Source of the DNA: Phoronis australis | Lineage: Eukaryota > Animalia > Phoronida | NCBI GenBank assembly: GCA_002633005.1 | Contig: NMRA01000167.1 | Coordinates: 364,460 to 428,459, forward strand | DNA length: 64,000 nt | Direction: 5' to 3' | The notes under the pieces: model-generated | The model's database searches: none | Seen by the model: only the letters and a program-made list of their open reading frames with translations | Told to the model about the DNA's origin: nothing | Shown here: positions 44,401 through 56,400 of the stretch, piece after piece | Layout: every line of letters begins with the position of its first letter | Numbering within the stretch: position 1 is the stretch's first letter | Made by a program: the position numbers and the translations under genes

Positions 44401-47400
44401 TACGTGTATATATTCAAGATAAATCACAAAACACTGTCTTTGCAATTGGTGTTTCGTTTTCTTTGTATCCAACTTGCCTTTTTTAATAAAACTCATGTAA
44501 ATCCTACTTTTGAAGGCCCTTCATGCAACAGCGGGAAATTTTAAAAATATATATAATAGTAAATTAGAAAACACTGAATAAAATATAGTGAGTGAAAGTT
44601 TCACGTGTATTTGTCCAGTAATTTCTGAGATACGATGTTCCGAAATTGGCTAAACTTGGACATATCCATTACTGTGACGAAAAGCAGGAGGTGTTTACAT
44701 CATGTTCGTTGTCAGAACTGATAAGAAATACAGGTTCTTGTTCCTATGACAGGGGGTCCAAAGACCGTGACGCTGCAGGGTATAGACGGTGTTAGTCGAG
44801 TTCAGGGAGGCGAGTACGTAGTAAACAACGGCTCGATCTCCGTATTGCAGTGTATGGCCAAAGGATATCCGTCAATTGCCATGGAGTTCGTGGCAGGAAA
44901 TACGAAGTCGAGAGATGAGAGAAGGCACACAAGTACAGGTGGCGTAGTTGAGGTTACACAGACGATGACCATAGTGCGTACGTTCGCTTCGGATCAGCAG
45001 GAGAAGTTCAACTGTAGAGCTGTGAACACTCGTGACAACAGAATAAGAGCTAATGCAACGATCAAGCTTAAAGTTGTGGGTAAGTCAACGGCCTAACGCG
45101 ACACTTTTGTTCAAGAATATGTTAGAAATATGCAATTTGCACCTTTTGCGCTAAACTGAGTGGAATACCAGAAAAAAGCAATGACCATAAAAGTGATAAT
45201 TTGAAGTAATTTGATTTCGTGACCTAGTGAAGGGCTTGAAAAAGTTAGAGATGGTCGAACTGAACGCATTATAAAAATGAGACAGTCTCGTCCCCTCTGG
45301 CGTACCAAAGGGGGTAGGAGAGGTTTGTGTTTTTGCCACCTTTCTGATCTAATTTTCAGGGACTTCTCCCAAGTTCACCCCCCGTAGAGCTCAACTTTTA
45401 CCACCTTTGCACCTGAAGTACACGTATATTATTTTTTGACCACCTGTCCATTCTTTGGTTCAATGATTGGAATACATGAAACCTGTGGAACACGCAGCCA
45501 ACTCTCGTTATGACATTTTCAGGATCTTACTAATCTTCATGCCGTTGAATTTAGACCGCTCAATGTTCTGACCATATTTTTGCAGTTGATTTATACTATA
45601 TCGATTCGACCGAACAAAGGGTCTTAGTTACCGCAATACTCCATCCAAATGCTAAGCATGGGTTGAAAGCGTCGCTGAACATGAAACAGAAATGCTCTTA
45701 CAACCCCGGTACGTCTGCATGGAGATGAAATACAGACCTGTTATTGTACATTTCACGTAGACTTCTACGCTAATCGTGAGTGCATAAAGAAACAAATGGA
45801 GAACTTGCCGGAACTGAAAGGTGTTCAAGACGAAAAGAAATTGACATTTAGTCTCAGTAGTGTGCGTCGAAGATTTGACGAACCTCGAAGCTCTCCAGGG
45901 AAATGTTTCATGACAGTGACTTAAGATTTGACACAGAAATTTTTAATTTTGTTCCTGCTTCACAATCGTTACTAGAACAAGGTTTAACCAGGTAAATAAA
46001 AACTAACTACATTCTAAAAACACTTTATATAGAAATCATCTCAATAATTAGCTGCTATTGTGCGTGTACATTACCTGAGACTGCCCTTTTACCTAAGTGA
46101 TATTTATATATTTTTATGAAATATTCATGTGGAGTGTAAGACCAAATTCCAAAAATTTCTGTTATAAGCCCACACCTTTAAGTACATGTAAGAGCAAACC
46201 TGGTATTAGGATGAAAAACGTGTAGCTGCGGTAAGTAACAGGACGTTCTAGTGGCTTGAAGAACTTTAGCGATCAAACTGTTTTGGAGAAGCCTGGACTT
46301 GTCGGCATATAACCTCCAGCATGAGCACTGCAATGACAAGTTGCAAAGCTCCTTGAAAGCGCCTGCGTCGAAGAGACAGATACATGTACTACAAGAGAGG
46401 ACAAATACATGTACTAGGCATTCATTCATAACATCTTTCTTAAGCTGCTACTGTTGCTTATTTCACAAGAATGACACACATAGCTGAGGCTTCTGATTTT
46501 TTTGAAAACTTTCGGCAGTCTTGTCAGCCTTCGCGGATGAACGTGGTTCTCCAAGTGAAAGAAACAAAGGCTCTCTGTTGTTGCAAAGTTGCTGCAAGCT
46601 GTCGTCGTAGGTGTTTCACAGTTGCTCTGCCATATGTTATGTCCACACGCTGGCACTCCGTGCTGTTTGATTGATTTTCTCCAGGGTCGCTATCCTAGAG
46701 ATGAATAAGTAAGCACCAGGTTTGACTGGTATAGAGATGTCTGACAAGAATCGGGAGATGATGCAACGACCCTGTGAAGTTAGTGTTGATCATGATCCCT
46801 TTGTTACCAATCAGCTGCCGAAGAGATATAAAGAGAGTGAGGGAGGGAGATGAGAGAGAGGCAGCCATGGGATGCACGAGTAACCGATACATTGAAGTCT
46901 GGTGATAATATTATGATGGGGGCTCCTCACGACCGAGAATTTTATCTTCAGCAGGTGGGTATCGCAAGTTAATCTCAGGTCCTGATGACTGCTATCTCTG
47001 GCAAGGAATAATGCGAGAAGTTAGTGGCGACGCATGTACCTTTGCTCTGCAGGTCTGATGGATTTGTTCTTAGCTGTTGGAATGCCGTGTTTGGATGGAA
47101 TGGTAGAATGGAACAGTATATAGACATTGGTTCCACTGTCAAACTTTTGGGGCTTAATGGCGTCTGACTGCTCTCCATGCATGCGCGCAGTCACCGGTTG
47201 TCACGCAAGTTCATTTCTATAAGGGAAAGAACAGAGCAGTGTTGTAAAGATCGAGGTTGTCTGACGTGAGGGTAGCGTGGTTATGGCACACGACTTGTCT
47301 GACACCGTATAACCTCTCATCTTCCCCCAGTGCCTTAGGTCACTTTTAACATCACATACGTCAACATGGGATCAACAAATGAACAGCCCTGAAGTCTCAT

Positions 47401-50400
47401 TATTGCTTAGAACATCTGCCAGCATGCTATGGCGTGCCTTTAGATTCCACATCCATATCCTATTGTAGAAACAACTGGGTACAAAGACCCACCTCATAAG
47501 TCAAACACATCGCTGGAGATATTCAAGATAATGTCTCTTTTCCACTGAGTGCTCATTTTGACCCAGTTCCACCTAAACTGAGTGTTATGATCTATTGTCA
47601 AGGTACAGCACTGGGTAAGAAGTTCGTCGCTGATTCGTGTGGCTGTCACAAATAGCTTCTTTCATGCACGACATACTGCAGTTACTCTGATGGAGAGGGC
47701 TGCTGCAATAAACACACCGACGGACGGGCTGCTTGGATTGATGATGACATGGACCAAGAGCATAATTTGGGCGGAATCATTTACAATGAACGATGCACAA
47801 TACTAGCAGGAAGAAGGCACTGTTGAGGGACATATTTTGTTGTACTGTATTACCGAGATGGTGATTTGACTTACGATCCATAAACAGATCAAAGAGTAGA
47901 ACCCACAACAACACTTATTGCTTTGGATCGTTTATGATATCCGAAAAGGCCTTATGACTGAACATATGTCGTCGGCTGATCGAAAACACAAGACCTTTTT
48001 GTAACAAATTATCTATCAAACGCTGGGGTCCTGCCTAAGGCTTGGTTACAATCTTCGTTCATTGAAAGATTTAATGTGTTTTTTAATTAAATCAAATTGT
48101 GGCCATTGTAATATTAAAAACCGGACGATTGCCGCACAAATGAAAAATATCCGCCTGCATTATGGCCCTCAAATATTAAAGCTGATTCGCAATGTTCAGA
48201 AGTCTCTCTGCCGACCAGGCGACTGCATTGTGACATTGATTTCGTCATCAAATGCCAACGACTCCATCTGATCCCCACTTTCTCCATGTTGAAGCCAGCT
48301 AATGCCAGAAGTTTGTCACAACATGATTTCAAGAGACTACAAGAAAAGTTGCTTTCCACTGAGTTGAGTAACAATAGGAAAAGTAAAATAAAGTTGCTTG
48401 AGGAGTACAGCAATCTGTCACGTGAATTACGTTCATCTGTTGTATTCCTGATTTGGATTTCCATTGAGCAGTTACTGAAAACCTCTTGCAAAGCAGTGAC
48501 AGAAAACAGGAAAGTTCGGCATGCTAGTAAGAACGTCAGTCTTAAACGCAATTATGGCTACAAGGTTGTCGTCAATTTGTCTAGTACTCCAATTAGTGAT
48601 GCTGAAAGAGCACTCTTTAGCAAAGGGTTAACCTTCGGTATCCCCAATCAACACATCAATGCCATGCCATTGGGCACTAAATTATTCTAAAACAACACCA
48701 CTTCTACCCTAATCCCTGACAAAATGAGGTTATAACATCGCCTTCGGGAACTGTGTTATCGCTACACCTATGCATGTAGATATAACAGTAAACAACTTCA
48801 GAATGTCACACGGGATAAGTACCAGGGTTTGTATTTTCTGTCACAACGTCAAGACATCACCATCGCGCGTCCTGGCAAAGGCAACAGTATTGTGATCATA
48901 GAAAAGATTGACTGCCTCTCTGAGTTCCATGACATCGTTAATGACAGTTCTAAATTCGTCAAGCTCGATCATGACCCGACAGCTAAACGCGAACAACATC
49001 TACAGAACTGTTTATATAATCTTAAACGGACAGGTGCATTGGACCTGGACACTTACAATGGTATAAGACCATGCCGGTCAAAGCCAGCACTTCTGTACGG
49101 CCTCCCTAAGACACGCATGGATGGTGTACCGCTGCGACCTATTGTATCCTGTGTCGGAAATTACACTCATGAGCTTGACAAATTCTTAGTTAAAATTCTC
49201 AAACTTATTAGTGAGAATGACGCACTTAAAGATTCTTTTCAGTTTGTTAATGAAGTCCGGGCACTTAATAATAATAATGATAATGATAATAATCATTTAT
49301 CGTACATCCTAGGCTTTGCCTACTCATACATAAATACATAAATTCAAACGTATATTCAGAATATTTACACGGAGAGCAGTTCTTCTCTTAAAGCCATAGC
49401 CTTCTGAATATACAATGCGAGGCGCTGGATGCCGTTATGATTTTTCTGTTGGAATGAACTAACAAGAGGATAGTTAGCATTCACAAGCTCTGGTAGAGGA
49501 TTTCTTCTTAGGTCTCCAAGAACAGAGCATCGACACAAGAAATGAGACTCATCTTCAATTTCACCCAGACAGCATATTCCGCATTTTCTCTCACGTCTTT
49601 GAATACCCATATGCGTCCTTTTCTCTATGTTAACTAAGTGACCTGAACATCGAAATTGCGCGTAAACAATTCACATATTGCTTGCTAACAAGATCACATT
49701 TAATTAGACCATAAAATTCATGTTTACATGTATTTGACCTACCTATTTCCAGTTACCATACCTGTACGCCACATTCCAATAATCTCTGTTTGAATACAAT
49801 AATAAAACCAGCGCTATTGCCTGGGCCAAACAACCACACTTCTGCCTAGCCGTACTTATACAACATTTCTTTGACACTGTGTGCCCAGTTACAATTACCA
49901 TTTTCACCTTGTTCCCTAAGCATACTATAACACTTCAGTGGGTACCCATGTTTTTCCATATCGACTGCAGTAATTTTGTCCGATAGATAATTGGTTTATT
50001 TTGTAATTAACAATTGTCTCCCACATTCACCACGAACCATAGCATTTGGTGTTTTAATACTCAATCAGTATGAACTTTTCAATAGATTCACACATTGATG
50101 TGCATAAAATAAACGAGAAATATCTACACTATCAAATGCCTGACCACTCCAATTCAGTAATATGATTATTATCAGGCTTTGTAGTGTATACAGGCTCTGA
50201 CAAGCTTTGTTTTATAATATTCCAAACTCTATTAGGATTCCTCACTGACTCACAAAGCTCACCTTGTTTATCGTTATAGTATCACCTTCTCGTCATTTTA
50301 CATAACTTTTTGTATTCATTTCTACTAGCAAGATAATTTCTCTGGTCTAATTCACTCCGAGACACCCTAAATTTTCGCAGTAGACGCTTCTTTTGTAGTT

Positions 50401-53400
50401 TCCTCTCTTTGCACTCACTGTCAAACCATGCGGGTCTACGTGGTTTTCTTACACACCTGTTTTGCCTCACGAACATGCCCGCTCGACATGACTGGAGCAA
50501 GTCCACTAAGCCTTTAACACTCTCATTTTTGTCAAAGTCAACACAGCTTATAATTTCTCGACAATTAACTTTTGGTTCCTGGCTTTGTAATTTTCCTAAA
50601 AATACACCTGCTTTCTCATTATGCCATCTATATCTTACTCGTTCTTGCAATACTATAGAAGGTCCAACAGTGTCTTTCTGACATAATTTTGCAGGGGTAC
50701 TGGGGGTAAAAATTAAAGGAAAATGCAACGATAAATCACATTGCAATACTTTAAAATCTTGAATGTACTCGAACAACGATATCTCGGCAAGAACATAATC
50801 AATGGTGCTACAACCTCTCGTCGAAACAAAAGTAAAATTGCCATCAGGATCATATTTCAATCTACCATTAACAATGTGGATACCATGACCCATACACAAA
50901 TCAATTAAAGTTTTACCAAAATTATTAGTTTTGTAATCTTGGTTTTTCCTTGGTTTGGCAAAATCCTCCTCTACACAGACACAGCTATCTTCTACATGTA
51001 TAACACGGACACTTAATGATGCACCATTTATGGGTAGTCTAGATGTTTGCAGCCTCTTCACTAATGTACCTGTAGGTGAAGTCATTGAATTGTGTCTTAG
51101 CAAGGTGTATACTGATAGTGACGAGGTCCATAAATTGACTCGTGACCAATTTCGTAAGTTACTCACAATCGCAGTTAAACAGAACCATTCTCTGTTTGAT
51201 GATAACTTTTACGATCAGATTGACGGAGTGGCCATGGCTTCACCCCTGGGACCAGTGGTAGCTAATATTTTCATGTACAATCTCGAGACTGAGGCTCTGG
51301 CTAGTTGTATACCGATTGTAAACCGCAATTTTATCGTAGGTATGTGGACGATACGCTTGTTGTGTTTTCATCCAAGAACTCAGTCATTACCTTTTTCAAT
51401 CACATCAACAATACACATCCATCCATCAACTTCACCGGTGAATCTGAGCAGCAGTCGTGTTTATCGTTTCTAGATTTATTGATTAAACGTGAGAATAGCA
51501 CCGTTGTTACATCTATGTATCGTAAACCTAGTTTTTCTGGGCTTTACTTTAAATTTGATGGTTTTGTGCCGATCCAATACAAGAGGGGACAAGTTAGTTG
51601 CTTGTTACACCGTGCCTAGAGAATTTATCCCACCAATTTAAATTTTGATAGTGACGTAGGTAGGATTTTCCATTTATTGTGTACATGTACCAGTGGTTAC
51701 TCTCTGAATTTTTCGAATATCTGTAAAAGGCACTTCCTTTCAAAAATTAATGAGGCAGATAAGGTAGCTGTTATTGGACCTGAGGAAAAGAAAGTTTGAT
51801 TTTATCTTGGTTACACCGTGCCAAGTAGTATAAAATTGAAACGTCAATTATCTCGCCTTACTCATTGCATAGACCCAGCCGTTGTTTTCAAAACTCTTTC
51901 CAATATGCTTTGTAAACTGAAGTCACCCATCCCTTTGTTGAACAAGAGCAATGTTGTTTATCCGGTTGAATGTGACAACTGCAAGGAATTCTATATCGGA
52001 CTCACACAGAGACGCCTCTGTGGCAGGCTGAAAGGACATCACATCTCTGAGAAAAGAAACATTTATAGGCATTGTGTAAGAAACAATCATCAAACCTGTT
52101 CTGTTGTGTTATCTGCAGAGAAGCTAAAAAGGAACTACTATACATTAAAGAGTCATCTGCCATTCAGAACCAGCATGCTACTGATTATTTGAATAACATG
52201 CAGAGCTCAGTTGCCCTGCAACTATGGTGATGACCAGCTACTGAATAGATTACCTGTATCTCTCACTTCACTTCATAGATGTCATCTGAGCTTTATGTTT
52301 GGAACTTGCTGTCCTTTATAAATATCCTTATGGTATCTCATGAATAGACGGAACGTTGATTTAACATGAACTTTTTCATTTGTGCGGCGATCCTCCGGTT
52401 TTTAGTGTCTTTTTGTAAGCCAAAATGGGTCACATCGAATAAAAAATAGATGTTGATGTGGAATGTTACCCTGAACCAATAACCAATTACAATTTGCTGT
52501 CACCTTGTGTTGTTCAAATCATTTGAAAGCACTCTGTGACTTCACGTGAGCTTTAAAATGTTTGTCAAAACACGGCCGCTTACAACACTTAAAAATCCAC
52601 TGGCTAGAATTCATTGTCATTGCAAAATATGAAATCCCCGTATAACGGTTCAAGAAGCTTTTTTTTTAAATGAAAACCTAAACAAACGACATCATGATCA
52701 CCCGTTTGTGTATTTTTCAGTTGACGGCAACTGGGCAGCGTGGAAGGAATGGGGAGACTGTTCATCGACATGCGGAAATGGTTGGCGCGAAAGCATTCGC
52801 ACGTGCTCCAACCCGCCACCTTCTTCCAATGGAGGTAGATTCTGCCCTGGACACAATTCGCTTTTTGGCGTTTGCACTGGAAACTTCCCGTGTGACTACT
52901 ACAAGAGAGGTTTGTCAAGCTTTAATAGGCCTGTTTATTGTCTGGTAAAGGACTTTTTCAATTGCAGATAAATCGGTGAAGGAAAATGCACACCATGTGA
53001 TTTATACATGTGCATGTAAATACTTGTACATGTACACTGTCAACCTTCGCTGTGTTCTTTCACCTAGAAGCAGGTACATGTAGCTGTTTAAACTGCCATT
53101 CCCCGACAACATAAGTTAACATATATATATTTATTAAACGTCTGAAAGGGCAACGTTTTATCATCACGTTAGCACCATTAAGAAAATGTCAGTTCTTTCT
53201 GAAAAACCGGTGTAAATTCAAATTCATGCCGCTTTGAGTTTCAAATTTGTTCTGGAAGTTCTTACACAGCGAAGCGAGTCTTGCATCTTTGTGTGAAACC
53301 GCGGTGATATCAGACATCAGTGACGCGTCTTAACACAACGTCCCAATTCATCATCTTGTTGATTGCTTATATATTTGTTGAGAGGTCAATAAATTTGTGA

Positions 53401-56400
53401 CTGTTTCCTTGGCGATAGACTGAAGTGGAGTAAAATGCTCACGCCTCAACCCGTATGCTGAAGAAAAGCTGTTGTTTAGATCTCCCAAAAGGTACCAAAA
53501 CCGAACGGCCAATAACGGTTTTCTAAGACGTTCATTTACAAGACCCATTTAGCTCACCAACTGGGAACATGAAATAGTTAATTTATCTGAAGAAATGGTT
53601 TGAGTTCTAGTGATAAATATCGATTATTAAAATGCATTTCATGAATATGGAATTTCTGAAAAGAATATTCCACAAAGGTTGACCATCACTTAAGGGGATT
53701 CCGGTGTAAACAACTTAACGTTTTTAACCTCTTTTAGTCGTATTGAAAGACTTTGAACCATTAAAACGGTGGAACTTTATTAGTTAGACCACATCCTCTG
53801 TTTAAGCCAATCCTATTTGGTGTGCCTCGGGCTACAGACATTAGGTCGCAAGTTCTTGTACTGAGATTTCTTAGTTCACAGTGTAGATACGCTGGATGTA
53901 TCCACAACAAAACGTTTTTCAGCGGCTTTTGTTTGGTACACATGTGAATGTAGATTTTGGCCTGATAATGTTTTAGGAACCCAATTCTAAACAAATTTAC
54001 CATAGTACATGTACACGCAAATTTACATTTACTCCACCTGGAGACTGCACACCAACAGTGAGACATGGCCTCTAACGTTGTGCATGCCGCCATGTACATG
54101 TATAGTGTACACGGAATGGCTCTACTTTCCCGTATTTCACGGCATATACTTAACGACGTTTTGAATGCCCGTATTTACACATATAAGGGCGAGAGCGTCT
54201 CATTTTAAAATTTTCCTGGTTATTGTTCAGCGTTTATTTCTCAGCCGTTGTTCGTGGATTGTGATTAAACAAGCGTATAATTTGCAAGATGGAAAAAAGG
54301 CTTAAAAGAAGGTTTGGAAGGTTTTAAAGACATGTGCATACGCAATAGAAAATTTTTAAAGGATTTTCTTTCAAACTCATGGGACCTAGTGAGTATGAGA
54401 ACAAAGACTGGGGTCTGCTGTAATTAGGAGTCATTATCGCATTCTTGAGTACGATTAGGTTATGCGCAGTGTTTGTGAGAGGATTTGGTTAACCGTGCTT
54501 AACTAAGCCACAGTTGATTTTCAAGGGACAATTTTAGGAGCGTTCCCCCAGGTCATTGGGGAAAAACGATTTCATTGACGCACTGTCACGCCTTAACTTG
54601 GGACAACGAACCATTAAAAGTAGAAGTGAAAAATGAGAAAATTTATAAGGCCCATATAGCCGTCAAAGTGACCAATAGACTTTGTGGGTCAATTCACTCA
54701 AACCTAAGTTTTTCTAAAACGATTCTTTTTGTCTTTTTGAAAAGCGAAGTAATTTTTGTTGGTGTTTTACAGCTTATGGATATCTCTGGTCTTGGGTGAA
54801 GGATCCTGTAGCTGTAAAAAAAGTGTCGATCTTTGCCGCCTTGACAGCCATCTTTTCCGGCTTAGTACTTTATTCGTGGTACATGCGCACCGTTCACATT
54901 CGGGAGACCAAAGACTTGATAAACCAAGACAGGCACGACTTTGACGCCTTTGTAAGAAAACTAGCTGCCTACCTACAAGGAAACGAGGAAACATCTGAAA
55001 TAGAAAGCAAAGACGACGAATGTCCATGGGAAAAAAGCCGCAGCGTTGTGAGACAAAAGTTAAAAGAGCTTAAAGGTACAACGGGCACTAATGAAACGCC
55101 AAACGTTGCCCTGAAATCTTTCCTACAATCGTGTATGATGAAGCGCAAGAACGGTGGTCAATCAATGGACAGTGAAAATGCAAACACTGTGAAACAGAAG
55201 CACAAGCTGCAGTTGAATGCATTTGGATCGCGCATAAGTTTGCTGAAGTCGCAAAGCTGTAGCAAATTGATGAACCGTGACGGCTTGGACAATGAGCTTG
55301 CTTATCGAAAACAAGAGTTCGAGAATAGACTTGGCTCGTGCATGAATTTGTTGTGGCGAAAGAGCAATCCTGGGTTGGTGGACAGAGACTGTTTGAACAA
55401 GGCGTTTGCTAACTTGAAGCACGAGTTCCTGAAGACTAAGGTCGTCCAAGCAAACAAGACGTCGTGTTTTAATACTATCAGAACTGCCCTGAATGGTTAC
55501 AATCTCTTTGTACATGCGAACGAGCAATATGAAATAGTCGCAGACAAAGCGCTGGTGCGTGACACCCAGCGACATTTACTTGCACTTGCCTTGAAGTCAC
55601 AGTACCAGGATGCGTTAAATGCAGAAGATGACGAATCGATGCAGTGGATTGCGCGTGTGGTCGAAGCAAACGGTCTCCAAACCTTTATTGACGTTGACCT
55701 CAAAGTGGGGTACGAAACGCGAAAGTCGCAACAATTTTTTCAACAACTGAGCCTGGCAATCTTCAAAATGAATAGAAAGCACCTCCACGATTTAAAACGA
55801 CTGACACAACCTTCAGCAGAACTGCATGACACCCTTGCTGCAACACTCATCGTGCTTGGTGAACGAGAGGAGGACACACGTGACTGGAGATTTTGCCAAA
55901 CTATGTGTCATGATTCAAACACGTTATACAACAAGGGCCTGTTTTGGCGCATACACCGTTTCAAGGTAGATGAGGTATCCTATCACGAAGCGTCAAGAGT
56001 TCTGGAAATGTTAAACAAACATAACATTCAAACGGTGATGGAAAAGAGCTCTTTGGCCGGAAGACTCCACCAATGGGCACATGCGGCGGCATGTCAAAGG
56101 CTGAACACCACGGAAAGGCGGATGTCTTTGCCATCAAGAACGTGTGATGAGCATGGCCAACAACATATAAGAGATTCTGAAAAATCAGTACAAAAAGCTG
56201 TTTCACACGATACTACTACGGATTTTACTGCTCGACATCACTTTTCAGTAACAACTGTATCTTCAAGACTGAAACAGAGAACAAGTCCCTGGAGGAAGAC
56301 TTCCGCAGAAATCCCCAGGCACATGACTAGATATACAGTGCGTTCACACTCACTAAGACCACATGAGTCAGCCACCTCTTTCTCAACAAAGCATCGCAAA

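Noticed and set aside
22164-52909. Naming the gene hemicentin, nephrin, Dscam or UNC5
   Set aside because: No vWA, G2F, EGF, FN3, ZU5 or death domains were seen, and the domain order and tail do not fit. No symbol was assigned.
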